Source: the human T2T-CHM13v2.0 reference genome, Homo sapiens. From it: a DNA stretch of 64,000 bases. Below are positions 15,351 to 29,115 of the stretch, in pieces; within the stretch, counting starts at the first letter, position 1, and each line of letters opens with the position of its first letter. The stretch is taken from assembly GCF_009914755.1 (NCBI RefSeq), contig NC_060947.1; one strand, 5' to 3'. Under the pieces are notes generated by a model, which ran no database searches, was not told the DNA's origin, and saw only the letters and a list, made by a program, of their open reading frames with translations. Both the position numbers and the translations under genes were made by a program.

Positions 15351-16348
15351 GATAGTTTACCAAATGGAAACATTCCAAAAGGAATTCCAGAATTATGATT
15401 TGTGTGGTGCAGTAGAAGAATTCTGACCTAATCAGGAGACTGCAAGAGTTCCCTCTATCTACTATTATATTTCACCACCATTATATTACCAAATTATGGC
15501 ATATTAAACAATCAGACAATGCTTTTAGGCAATATATTTAACCACGACAAATTTTGAAACAACATTTTAATTTCAGGCGATTACATTGCATACTTAGTAA
15601 TTCCTTCAGAAAGAAATAAAACAATAAACAGAATTTATTGAAGTGATCATAAAAATATTGCTAACATGCAGTAAATCTATTTGCAAAATTCCTTTTATTG
15701 AAGCAATAGTATGGGATATGTTGGGGAAATGTTGTACTTCAACTGATAGCACAGTTCCTGTAGCACAGCCTTCACGTTATCTGACTGACTCTTATGGAAG
15801 CTATTTTACAATGCTAGCTTTTAGGTAAATATAGCATTGCAATATAATCTTTGTCTATACAAAAGCAACTGAATTTTGTCATTGCGGGGGAAGCTTTGTC
15901 TCCATATAGATGTTCATTTTAACACTCTTGATCTATAAATGGGACAAAGGGGTGGCTGTTGGTTTTGATGGGGTTCATTTCAACAGAGGGGTGCGGGAAC
16001 AAAGCACCATTAGATGAGGAATGAGGACTGAGGTGGAGGGAGGTGCAAAGGGATGTGAGTTGAGTATTGAGAATTCTTCATAGAACTTTGGTTGCAATGG
16101 GAGAATATATGTAAAGAGAACAGTAACTAGGGTTGTAGAGAGAGGTCTAGGGTTTTAAATTATGTTTTAAAATTATCAATGATAAGAGGCTCTCTCAGGG
16201 TGGAAATATTAAGGAGAAGGAGCCATCTCTTCTTAGGTCTAGAAACTGAGTTTACCACAACCCCCTTACTTCCTTGTTTCTATTCTGGGGAAGTCTAAAA
16301 CTTAACCAGAGGGATGGTGTCATTTGACTTTAATGCCTGTTAACTATG

Positions 16349-16405
16349 GGGATGGATAGATGGATGGATGGATGGATGGATGGATGGACAGATGGATGGA
16401 TGGAT
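16349..16405. repeat. (GGAT)n microsatellite
   Basis: Direct reading. Confidence 0.95.
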
Positions 16406-18776
16406 GCACGATGTGTCAAACAGGTGCTGGTATTTTATCTTCCAGCACTGAGCTCCTCACACAGGTGACTGAACCCGTGGTTTTGGTGTCTGAGAAGATG
16501 CAGCTTCTCCAGTCTCTGCAACTGACGGCAGGAAGATGGGAGCACTCAGCTTCAGTGTTCAGAAGCAGATTTAGGCCAATTGCCATACCTTACGTTCTGG
16601 AGGGATCCACCCTGACCTGAGCAGGTGAGGTCACAGAAAGGCTTGCTGTCCATCACAGGGACAGGATTACAGCCTGCTCAGAAGCATGTTGTGGTCCAGC
16701 TCTTGTGTCACTTAAAAAGACTCCAGCTCTTCTCTAATATTGAATTCAACTAATATCACAGAGAGATGTTCTTAATCTTCTAGACAAACACACTGCCATC
16801 AGTATTCCCCAGAGGCCACAAACACACCCTGGAACCATAATGCCACCAGTAGCTCTAGGAGAACTTGCAGGCTAATGTGCCTGTTGCTCATTGTTTTTAG
16901 GCTACATATGAAAATGGACCAGTTTGCAATAAAAATATAATGCAATGATGATTATCAGAGCATTTTGTATACTAGGGAATTTTTTAAGTTATCTGAACAT
17001 CAAATTAAATATAATGACAATGAAAGAATTTCCACCTGTCATATCATCAAAGTATAAAAAGAAACCATTCAGGATTCCAGTAAGGTGGGCATGCGGGGAA
17101 GCCTACCCTGTTTCATATTGGTGGTGGGGATGTCATTTAGTACAACCTCTTTCAAGGTTGATTTGGTAATTTCTATTAAAGACTCTATGCATCCCCGATC
17201 TGCATGTGTTTGGGGCCTGCTCCTTCAAGTATTCACCCTCAGCATGGCCCCTGTCCCTCTGAGAGTGCATATTCTTCCTGATACAGGAACTGTCTGCGGA
17301 CTCGTTTCTAAAGCAATGGCCCAGACACACTCCCTTGTCTACAGAGTAGGAAATTTAGGTCTGACAAGGTTCTCTGTCTTTCATAAGAGAGACAGAACTG
17401 GCAGCCTGGCTTCAGAGCTGAAGATACAGATTTCAGTAGTGACCCAGGTCAGCAGGAAAGCAAGATTTGCTTGGTTATGTTGTGATGTGCAGCTCAGCAT
17501 CACAGTCTGCCTGGGGGCATATAGGATGCTAGTCTCTGCTTTTCCACTTAGTGGCAGGATGCTCCCCAGCCAGGTTGCTTAACCTGCAAACATCCCTGTT
17601 TCTTAAGCTACAGGATGGTGTAGAGATTATATCCTCTACCTCCCAGGAATGTTGTGGGAAATTCATGAGATAGAAAAGTACCAGCGTTCAGGAAGGGTGA
17701 GTCCCCACAGCTCCGTGAGGCCAGAGATACTGCCCTTCTGCGGGACTTTGTTACAATCACCCTATGACAATGCACAAATAAATGGTCATTCAATTACAAA
17801 AGAGTACAAGGACTTATATTTACTCAGTTCATCCAATATCAATTATTATAATAATCAACAGTGTAAATTGGAAAGTAACTACGTGGAAACCACTTCTCCT
17901 TCTTTCCCATCTAAGGTCTCAGAAGTGCTTTCCCAGATGTGATCTCATTAACCTCTATATTGATCTGAGAGGTGTTAACCAAAACTGGCCAGCACAGGGG
18001 AAATGACTCACCTAAGGCCTTATAATGGGCCTGCCCCGCCATGTTCTATTGCATTGTTTTTCTGCAAAGCCTCATCTTGCGGGGTTACACTATACATATT
18101 TTTCCTCTCTTTTCGTTTTACCAAAGAGAAAAATATATACTTTTTTACTGTTAAGAAACATTTTCTCAAATAAGTACGTATTTCATTCCTTACTGAAATG
18201 GTTTTTTCTTATTGATCCATTGAAACCATATTGGCTATGTTCAACATAACTAGAGATATCTTTGGTGTTTTCCTCCCTTAGCTTCATATCTTGTAGAACA
18301 TCTCGTACAAAAAAAGTAGATTTACAGAAAAACATACATATAAATCACGTATTAATCCCCAAATGTAGTAAATAACATAGCAAAAACTTTATCAAATCCA
18401 TTTCATGCACAAGCTGGACAGATCTGTTATATACAATCTCTATATGCATCTGCAGTGTTTTATAAATTGGTGCTTTGACATTAAAAAGGAGGTTTACAAA
18501 AAGGCCCCTCTTGTACTATCGATGACTGAATTATCTCACTATCATTGCTTCTCAAATTTCCTTGAATTTATACTCATCATTGCCATATCACCATTCTAAC
18601 AAAGGCGGTTATTTTAAGGAAAAAGTTGCAGCGTGATTATGATATAAGTAACATTCAAAATTTCACGTTATCAAGAGTTGAGCAAAGTACTAATTTCCCC
18701 TTTATAAACACACGTTTAAAACAAGAGCTTCATGCACATCCAAATAGAAATTCAAAGTCAAACTGTGTAATGTGTT

Positions 18777-18782
18777 TTTATT
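18777..18782 (-). terminator. RAB40A: Polyadenylation signal AATAAA for RAB40A
   Basis: TTTATT on + strand ~150 nt downstream of the stop codon; implies cleavage near 18755-18765. Confidence 0.7.
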
Positions 18783-18933
18783 GACAGAAGGCATCACACA
18801 CATTCCCAAGCAGCATGGTTCCCGTGAGAAACTGAAAACTAATTTCTTGAATCTACAATGCGACTTCCATCTTCCAGGTGTAACCAGAGTTTTTCCTGGA
18901 GCGATTCCAGCTTGTTTCCTTTTGGTGCCTTCC

Positions 18934-19767
18934 TTAAGAAATTTTGCAGCTGTTTCTGGTGCAGTTTTTGGGTGGGCTCTGGGGTGGGCAGACGATCTCC
19001 ACTTTGCAGAGGCTGCTCTTGTGAGTGGAGCTGGTGGTGAGGGAGTAGGAGAGGCCTCGCATCATCCTGGCATTCAGGCCCTTAGCCATGGAGAAGGACT
19101 TGAGGTGGCTTCTTAAGGTACTGGGGAGCGGGAGCTTGTCCACCAGATGCACAGGTGTGCAGGACACGATGGTGCGGCAGCAGAGGTCTTGCAAGCTCAG
19201 TACCTTGCTCGGCCTCCCGAGCCAATTCATCCTGTGCCGCAGCAGCACTATCCTGGCCAGCTCCGTGAAAGACTCTATGATGTTGAAATTGCACAGAGGG
19301 CTGACCTCAAAGAAGGTCACACCCAGGCGCTCGGCGTAGGCCTGGGCCTGCTCCCTGGGCACCTGCCTCTTGAATGCCAGATGTAGGCGATTCCCCACCA
19401 GGATTTTAGGGACACCAGGGGCATGTTCCTCAATCTTCTTAATCCATCGATCCATACCCTCGAAAGACCAGCGGTTTGCAATGTCGTAGACCAGGATCAC
19501 TCCTTGTGCACCACGAGAGTAGGAGCGGAATATGGTACAAAATCTTCCCTGCCCCGACGTATCCCAGAGCTTCAGCTTCACCCGCTGGCCGTCCAGCAGG
19601 ATGGTGGTCGTCTTGTAGTCGATCCCCCCGAGATGGCTGTACGGGGACTCAGCTGCACCATCCTGCAGGCTCTCCAGGATCTCACTCTTGCCTACGTCCC
19701 TGTCGCCCACCAGCAGGAACTTGAGCAGGAAGTCATAGGCCTGGTCGGGGCTGCCCGGGGCGCTCAT
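18934..19767 (-). CDS. RAB40A: Ras-related protein Rab-40A: SOCS-box Rab GTPase, intronless retrogene of the RAB40B lineage, 277 aa
   Basis: Translation from ATG 19767 (context gccagcaccATGa) gives [31 protein letters not shown]...WDTSGQGRF...ILVGNRLH...[12 protein letters not shown] (SOCS box)...CKIS (CAAX). Single exon, CpG-rich 5' half. The 277-aa length and DGAAES favour RAB40A over RAB40AL (from memory of both proteins). Confidence 0.96.
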
Positions 19768-19885
19768 GGTGCTGGCCCCGCACTCCCGCCTGAGCCAGGC
19801 CCGCGGGGTTGTGCGCAGAGGTGGTGCCGGGCCTGTTCTTCTTGAGAAATTAGCATAGAACATAAAAAATGAGATGGGGAAGTCT
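19768..19885 (-). other. RAB40A: RAB40A 5' UTR part of the coding exon, with clustered splice acceptors
   Basis: Minus strand ctaatttctcaag|aag|aacag| gives tandem acceptors (exon starts 19840, 19837, 19832). A separate strong acceptor tttcgctttatttcacag| gives exon start 19883. Confidence 0.6.
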
Positions 19886-20559
19886 GTGAAATAAAGCGAA
19901 ATGAGGTGGTGGCTTTGATGGATTTCTTTTACAAACCCTAGGAAACTGATTCAGCGATTGTTTTCCTTTTTCTTACCCAGCACAGAGTAGTGACACAGCA
20001 GTTAATTCATCATGGAAACCTATACATTTCCCTTAAAACTTTCATGTGATCGTTATGGAACCATGCCTTTTGGATTATGTCAAAGGAATCTCCTTTAAAG
20101 GAAGGACGGGTATGGGATAGGAAAGGGACTAAGATGTGTTGAGTACTGTACGTACCCTATGCTGTGTATGACGCTTAAAATATTTTGTTCTTTTGCTTTC
20201 AGAACAGTTGTCTTTGGTAGCTATAATTGTTTCCATTTTACAAATGAGAAAAGGCAAACTCAGAAATGTTATGTAATTTTTTAAAACATTGCCATTAATA
20301 TAGAGATCACAGAAATCACAATCCTGAGCCAGTGCTCTCCTCATATAACGCACTACACACCCTTTCTACTCTGTGGCCATGCCGGGTTTAGGAGTAAGTG
20401 TGAACTGTCTGTGCATGTGATCCTTGACAAGCCACGCATGTTTACATGGGCACTAATACTTTTCTTGCTGCAGGGGGACATCTCCCATAAATATAAGAGC
20501 CAAGATCTCAGAAGAGATATCTAGGACATGGATTTTGCTAGAGTGTCTCATAAATAATA

Positions 20560-21230
20560 TTCACCCAACAAAGATGTGTTGAAATAATGCATGCATCCAT
20601 CAGTGAAGGGTTTTAGGTTTAACACATGTACAGCTCCTATAACAAAATAACAAAACTGAAAAAATATGTATATGGTTCACAGGTGAAGAAACGCAAATGG
20701 CCAGTAATCACAAGAAAATGCATTCTAGCTCACTAATACATTAAAGAATGCTAATGAAACCATCTAAATATCCTTTTATCACCTATCATCTGACAAAATT
20801 TAAATGTAGAAAAAAACCGAAAAAGAATTTTTTTTTAATTTGCAAAAGAAAAAGATGCAAAAGAAAAAGGCTCTGTGTGTGTCTGTGTATGGGGGCAGGA
20901 TGAGGGACCAAATACATCAAGGAAATGGAAACACACTTATCAGTTATAAATACACTTAAATATTGTAACTACAACAGGTACAAAGATGGTTAAAGAAATG
21001 AGAATGCTCATACACATATAAGGGAGTTTAAATTATTGAAATCAAGCCCCAAGGGATAGATGTTTACAAATGTAATGGAGGAAAAAATTTTCACATGTCC
21101 AAAATAGCCAGGTAAGTGGTTATTTGAAATAGCATTGCTGAAATCTTTTTAAAAAGGAAAAAATGAGAAACATTCTAAATACTCATCAATACAGAACAAA
21201 CGTGAATAAAGGATAAGAAAAACATTTCTA
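20560..21230 (+). mobile_element. Degraded L1M fragments
   Basis: A-rich with L1 3' motifs (caaatggccagt, aatgctcatacac). Confidence 0.55.
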
Positions 21231-22611
21231 TTTCTCTGTGGGCTTCAGGGCAAATAGAGAAAAAAAAAACCTTTAGATTAATTCCAGATTTAGCTGACAA
21301 TAAGGAGATAATAAAGTTCTCTCCCTGATTTACACAAACTCCCTTAAAGACAGCACCCTGATTGGAATAATGATCATAATCATCGGTACCTTGAACAGCC
21401 GTTAGGATAAAGGAGATGAAATATAGAGTGCATTTGCCTAAAGTAGTTCAGTGCAGGTTACTTTCCTTCTCTTCAGCTCACCTGTCCCAAGGCCAACACC
21501 TAAGCTTCTGCCTGAGCCCACTCACCACTTAAGGGATCAGCCAACTCATACGGTCCCACACCCAGTCTCTTGGCATAAAGTGCAGGATTTCACTTCTGTC
21601 TTCCTCATCACCCAGAGGGGTTGTGGAGTGGGGGACCCATGGGGCCACAATAGCAGGGGAGTGGAATCTGACATTTCTCAAGCCCTGGAAGCCCATCTTC
21701 TAAAAGGGGGTGCTCAGGGTCCTTTAGGGAGGGTGAGGGATGAAACCTCATTCCAATCCTGCCACTTACCTGGGAAGGTGACTTAGGCTCTGAAAGCCTG
21801 AGCTTGATTATCTGTGAGATAGAACTGACTGTATCATCCTTACCGAGCTGTCCCAAGGAGCAAATGAGAAAACCTGTTGAGAGTATACGGCATGAAGTGG
21901 GACTTCAATGGCCCTTTAAATGCTGAGACACAGAAGTGGGGGCTGGCTGAGCCTCTGGGCTAAGAAGGCATTGTGAAAAGTCATTTTTCATTGTTTCTAC
22001 TAATGAGAACACAGACATCCATATAAAGAAAGCAAATCTCTCTCTGATATGCCTTGAGTTCAAAGTTTTAGAGACAGAATGTTCTCTACATTCTTGGATG
22101 TCTCATAATCTAATAAAAGCTGTTGAACATCATGCCTCTGAGCAGACCCAAATTCACTTCCCAAGCTAGAAAGAAAAAAATTGATTGATAGATGTAAAAC
22201 AAGACTGTAAAAACATATGCGCCAGGGCATGAAACACCAGGTAGCACTGACAGGGCTGTAGAAAGGTGACAGAGAGGATAGAGGTCACAGGAGCAGGGTC
22301 TGGGCAACTGTGTCCATAGGATCCTAGAGAAGGGAGGACTGAAAGGGAATGGGAGGAGGTCTGGGAAGCTTATGCACGGGCAATGGAGGCTAAATGCCCT
22401 GCTGTCTGTGAGGGACCTCTCCACAGCATGCACGGGACAACGTATACTGAGGAGGGAAGAGATAAATCAGTGAATGCCATGTAGATTTGGAGTCCACAGC
22501 CAATGGACCAGCTTTAATATACGTATATTTTTCAAACAGAACTGGCATCGTAGTTTGTCACTCTTTGCAAAATGTCCTCCTTTAAAAAAAAAAAAAATGG
22601 AGATAGCTGTG

Positions 22612-22642
22612 ATGCCTCCTGATGGCCAGAACCCGGATCACA
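22612..22642 (-). promoter_or_regulatory. Paralogous CTCF-like motif (reverse)
   Basis: Reverse complement TGTGATCCG-ggttc-tgg-CCATCAGGAGGCAT. Confidence 0.4.
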
Positions 22643-23019
22643 GCTTTGAGAGTCTCAGACAAGGGGCTCAGGGAAAGGGAGAGGGATGTTGGAGGTGAAC
22701 TACAAAGATATTAGCCAGAGTTTTCTGGAATTATTCACCTAACGATAGCAATCTCTGTGTATTAGTCATGTTCTGGTATATGTGAAACTGAGATTGGCTC
22801 CAGCCCCTGTCTGCATTAAAGGTAAAGCTGCATCTGTGAGTGTGTATTTGGAGTGATACAGCTAGACCTAGACACACACACACATGCAAATACCCTGTCA
22901 AATTATTTCCTGTTTTCACCATAAAATAGAATATAATGAATGCTTTCTCAAATTAATAAACATGTGCACAGTACTTTTGACAATCTGTTCAAAAGTATTT
23001 TGTCACAGCCATAAAAAAG

Positions 23020-23350
23020 AACAATATAATGTCCCTTGCAGCAACATAGATGCATCTGGAGGCTATTATCCTAAGTAAATTAACACAGGAACAAAAAACC
23101 AAATACCACATGTTTTCACTTATAAGTGGAAACTAAACATTGGGGACTCATGGACGTAAAGATAGCAACAACAAACCCTGGGGCCTACTGGAGGAGTGGG
23201 GAGAGGTGGGGCAAGGGTTGAAAAACTATTGGGTACTATGCTCACTACCTGGGTGATGGGATCATTCATATCCCAAACCTTAGCATCACACAATATACCC
23301 ATGTAACAAACCTGCACATGTACCCCCTGGATCTAAAATAAAAGCTGAAA
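23020..23350 (+). mobile_element. L1PB/L1MA 3' end
   Basis: cagccataaaaaagaac...aacaaacctgcacatgtacccc...aaataaaag. Confidence 0.85.
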
Positions 23351-23497
23351 CTTAAAAGAGAAGAACATTCTGCCTCCTATAATGAAGAAACATCTCAGCT
23401 AACTTATTTTTTGGAAGACAGCAACATTTTTTCAAAGTTTGGGTACATCATTTTTTAAAATTCACTATGCCTCTTTCTTTCAGGTCCATTTCATTGA

Positions 23498-23832
<335 letters not shown>

Positions 23833-23899
23833 AGGCATTAGAATTTAACTTCATTGCCTTGAATATTTTAATTAATGTTTTATATTTAATCTTAAAGAA

Positions 23900-25340
23900 G
23901 GGGAAATTTTTATATCATTGAAGAGACACTTATGTTTACAAGAACTTTTAATAATAAAAGCAGAATTTACTAGTAAAAAAGGGAAAGAAATAGAACATTA
24001 TCTTCACTTCAGGAGCTTCCTTTATGCCCTTACAAGTCATTATACCTCCAAAAGTAAACTACATTAACTTCTAACACTAGAGATTTGCCTGTTTACGAAC
24101 TTTTCATATTTTATTTACCTGAAATTATACTTTTTTGTTTCTGCTTTGTTTTGCTTAATATTATCCTTGTGAGATATATCCATGATTTTGCATATGGCAA
24201 CATTAAAATGAGCATTCTAATTGTGGTAGAGTATTTCATTTTATGAATACTACAAGTTATCTGTTGGATGATATTTGGGTTATGCCCACAGTTTGACTAA
24301 TGTTATAGTACTACTACATACAGTTTTGTGCCTGTCTTTAGTGGGTATATGTACACGATTCTGTTGAGTATATCAAAGATTGGAATTGCTGGCTCATAGG
24401 TATGCATATAGTTAGCTTTAGCAGATATTGCCAAATGATTTCCCAAACTGTTCTCACCAATTTACTTTCAGTAATAGTATATAATGGTTCTATTTGCCCC
24501 TTACTCTTTTTTTTAGTCCATGGGGTTACTGTAGTATCTCATGACAATTTTAATTTGCATTGTCCTAAAAACTAAAAACGTTAAGCGCCTTTTTATACGT
24601 GCAGCTGTCGTATGGGATTCTTATATTGTAAAATGCCTGTTTACTTCTTTTGCTCATTTTCTACTTTTCTCCTTGTTTCCAAAAAATTGAATCACTGTAT
24701 ATATAAAATCTTTCACTCTGTATTTCAATATTTTCTTTCTTAAGAGTATGTTTTGAAAGACAATCTTTAATTATAATGTAGCTCAATTTATTATTATTTT
24801 TTCCTTTGGGATTAACAGTTTTTTGTCTAGTGATTATTTGCCACCCCAACTACATAAAAATATTTTCCTCCATTGTTATAGGTTATTCTTTTACTTTTGC
24901 ATTTAGACTGACAATCTACCTGAAATCAATTCTTGTACGTATCTAATTTAGGTAGCATACTTAAAATATCATCCTTCTCCCTTCACTGCACTGTCACCTG
25001 TGTCATAAGTGAAAATGACCACATATGGATTGGGTCTATTTCTTGACTCTATTAATAAAGTCCATTGGCCTGTTGTTTCTATCCTTACACCAATTCTACA
25101 TTCTCTTAATTACAATAGCTTGTTTCTTTAGATCTCAATTAAAAAAATTTTTAATAGCTTCAGGAGTACAAGTGGTTTTAGTTATAAGGATCAATTTTAT
25201 AGTGGTGAAGTCTGGACTTTCAGTGTACCCTTCACCCAAATAGTTTACATTGTACCCAGTAGGTGATTTTTCATCCCTTACTCCCTTCCCTCCCTTACTC
25301 CCACCTCCCCCTTCTGAGTTTCCAGTGTCCATTATTAATT
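23900..25340 (-). mobile_element. L1ME-type fragments plus an L1PB-type 3' fragment (~25135-25335)
   Basis: Degenerate reverse L1 motifs. Confidence 0.7.
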
Positions 25341-25914
25341 ATAATAGCTTTATATTTTAATCTTAGTTTGTAATATAATGTTTAAACTTTGTCTTTTTTC
25401 ACAAAGGTTTTAAAAAACTGACATGCTTTTAAAAAAATATATGATTTAAGTCCTTGGGGAATAAAATTTAAATCCAAACAGATCTATTTAAAACATAATC
25501 CAACATATTTTACGACAAATGAATAGATCATTGCCAATTCTTTACTTGCCAGTTAAATTTTTAAAAACCCTAAACTCCTTACTTAAAGTATCTTGTGTGT
25601 TCAAATATTCACTAAAATACTTTTATTCTCAAATATGAAACTTCAAAAACTATACAAGAGTATATTCACAAATCAAATTTAAACTGCACCTCTCACTGGC
25701 CCAACTCCCATCCCTTGACCCCAAGGGGTCTGTTGTCCCTAGAATAGTGCACACTCTCCAGATGTGCCCCTGTAGGTGAGGTGCACATCAACACATTCAC
25801 CTTCACACACAGTCTTCTCCAAAAGTACAATCATAGTCCTCATTTTTTGCATCTTGTCATTATAAATTCTCAGGATTTAAAAATATTTGCATCTTGTTAG
25901 TTCTTGTGGTTTTT

Positions 25915-26246
25915 GTAATTTTTTTTAATTTTATTTCTTCTAAAAAAATGGGATACATGTGCAGAACGTGCAGGTTTGTTACATAGGTATACGTGTGCCA
26001 CGGTGGTTTGCTGCACCTATTGACCCATCCTCTAAGTTCCCTCCCCTCACCCCCCACCCCCCAACAAGCCCCGGTGTGTGATGTTCCTCTCTCTGTCCAT
26101 GTGTTCTCAGTGTTCAGCTCCCACTTATGAGTGAGAACATGTGGTGTTTGGTTTTCTGTTCCTGTGTTAGTTTGCTGAGGATGATGGCTTCCAGCTTCAT
26201 CCATGTCCCTGGAAAGGACATAATCTCATTCCTTTTTATGGCTGCA
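25915..26246 (-). mobile_element. L1PA8-like 3' end
   Basis: Reverse complement gggaacttagaggatgggtcaataggtgcagc; TSD ggtttttgta. Confidence 0.82.
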
Positions 26247-28297
26247 GGTTTTTGTATTTTTTAATGTTTATTGTTCATGTATTTACTTATTTAAATTTTC
26301 TGTTCAAATCATTGCCAATTGTTTTGTTACCAAGTATGTTTCACAAATCACAGCTACTAACCCAGTATCTGAGATGTAGTTTACATATGTTTTCTCCCTT
26401 GTTTTAATACAGTCTTTAGTGGTTTTTTTTCCTTTGGAAAGTGTTTTAAATTTTATTAATGGGACCTAAACATTATACAGGTCATATTTAAAAGGAAAAA
26501 ACATTAAAAAACACCTGCGGAGTAGATACTGCCAGCGTTGAAGGAGATTAGAGCACTCAGAGTTATGGAGGCATCAAGACAAAATGAAAATAACAACTGA
26601 AAAAAAACCCTTAAGTAATTCCAAAGTTAACTGCTGATCAGGAGATTAAAAAGTTTTCTCTCTAAATTACATAAACTGTCCTTAAACTTAGTTTCCTGAT
26701 TTGAATAATTATCAGAATGATGGGTTAAATGGTTGTTAGGGTAAAAGCAGATGAAATATAGAGTGCATTTGCTTACAGTAGTTCAGGGCATGTTACTTGC
26801 CTTCTCTCCAGTTCACCTGTCCCAAGGCCAACACCTGAGCTTCTGCCTCAGTCCACTCACCACAAATCAAATTTAAACTGCACCTCTCACTGGCCCAGCT
26901 CCCACCCCTTGACCCCAAGGAGTCTGTCATCCCTAGAATAGTACACACTCAGGTCTGCAGGTTTTTGTATTTTTTAATGTTTATTGTTCATGTATATACT
27001 TATTTGAATTTTCTGTTAAAATCATTGCCAATTGCTTTGTTACCAAGTATGTTTCACAAATCAGGGATACTAACCCAATATCTGAGATGTAGTTTACAAA
27101 TGTTTTCTTCTTTGTTTTAATACAGCCCTTAGTGGGGTTTTTACACACTAGGTCTACACCCAGGTCTCTTGGCACAAAGCACAGGATTTCACCTCCTCTG
27201 TCTTCCTCATCACCCAGAGGGGTTGTAGAGTAAGGACCTGTGGGGCCACAATAGCAGGGGAGTGGAATCTGACCATTTCTCAAGCCCTGGAAGCCCATCT
27301 TCTAAAGGGGAGGTGCTCAGGGTCTCCTAGGGAGGGTGAAGGATGGGACCTCATTCCAATCCTGCCACTTACCTGGGGAGGTGACTTAGGCTCTGAAAGC
27401 CTGAGGTTGGTCATCTGTGAAATGGGACTGACCATACCATTCTTACTGAGCTGTATGAGGGGTTAATGAGAAAACTTTCCCAGAGAATATGACATGAAGT
27501 GGGACTTCAATGGTCCTTTAAATGTTGGAACACAGCAGTAGGGGCTGGCTGAGCCTCAGGGCTTAGGTAGTCATTATGAAAAATCATTTCTCATTGTTTC
27601 TCCAGACGAGAACACAGACATCCAGATAAAAGAAGCAAATCTCTCTCATATGCCTTCAGTTCAAAGTTTTAGAAACAGAATGTTCTCTACATTCTTTAGT
27701 GTTTCATAATTCATAAATACTGTTCAATATCATGCCTGTAAGCAGACCCAAATCCACTTCCCCATGGTGGTAAGACAGGCATGTTTGTGAACTCACCTGG
27801 TGAGCTCCATGCCAGATCGCATCCGGGACACAAGGGGCAGTGATTGTCTAATGAGTGCTCCAGCACTGTTTAGTGTGTGTGTGTAGATATATAGATATAG
27901 ATATGAATATTCTGGACATATCCTGCAGTCACCTGTGCAGGGTCCTCAGTTCATGCATAATTCAGCTACATCACATCAAAATTTCAGCAACTTGCTGCCT
28001 TCCTGAGAGACAAAAATCCAGGAATTACTGGCATTTCTGTAACACACGATTGTCCACTCTGTTATTAGGTAATAACTAAATATGTATTGAGCTCGAAAAA
28101 CATAGTTCATTGGAGGTATCTCATTAACTCTAAAGTGGAAATAAGAGAGCAAGAAGGGAAATGAATATATGGGCAACTTCACAGGTTAAATCTGAGATGA
28201 GACGACTTCTTCACGTCAACTTTTAAACTTGCTCAAATTTCAAGGAATTGAAGTTTTTAAAAATCTCTTTGGATCCCTCATCACCCAATCAGCCACA

Positions 28298-28299
<2 letters not shown>

Positions 28300-28339
<40 letters not shown>

Positions 28340-28610
28340 GTCTCTCTGTCTCTTCTTTCCCCTCCCCTCTCCCCTAACCCCTCCATTCTTTCTCCTCTCC
28401 CCTTTCCTTCCCTCCCCTCTCCTCCCCTTTCCTTCCCTCCCCTCTCCTCCCCTCTCCCTCTCCCCTAACCCCTCCATTCTTTCTCCTCTCCCCTTTCCTT
28501 CCCTCCCCTCTCCTCCCCTCTCCCTCCCTCCCCTCTCCTCCCCTCTCCCTCTCCCTGTCCATCCCCCTCTTCCTCTCCCTCCCTCCTTCCCTTCCTCTCT
28601 CTTTTCTCCT
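28300..28610. repeat. Polypyrimidine low-complexity tract with a ~91 bp internal duplication
   Basis: (TC)n followed by a C/T-rich tract; cccctaacccctccattc at 28371 and 28462. Confidence 0.92.
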
Positions 28611-28653
28611 TCAAAGTCAAGAACCAAAAAGAGTTTTCTGCATTTTCTGTTAA

Positions 28654-29115
<462 letters not shown>

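Noticed and set aside
17085-17582. 165-aa plus-strand ORF
   Set aside because: No recognisable domain or coding signature; likely chance.
15600-18760. Poly-A tail and TSD marking the retrocopy 3' boundary; distal AATAAA signals near 15634 and 15694
   Set aside because: No clear T-tract or TSD visible; alignment to RAB40B mRNA is needed.
18772-19845. Several plus-strand and alternate-frame ORFs overlapping RAB40A
   Set aside because: Expected shadows of a GC-rich CDS; no recognisable protein features.
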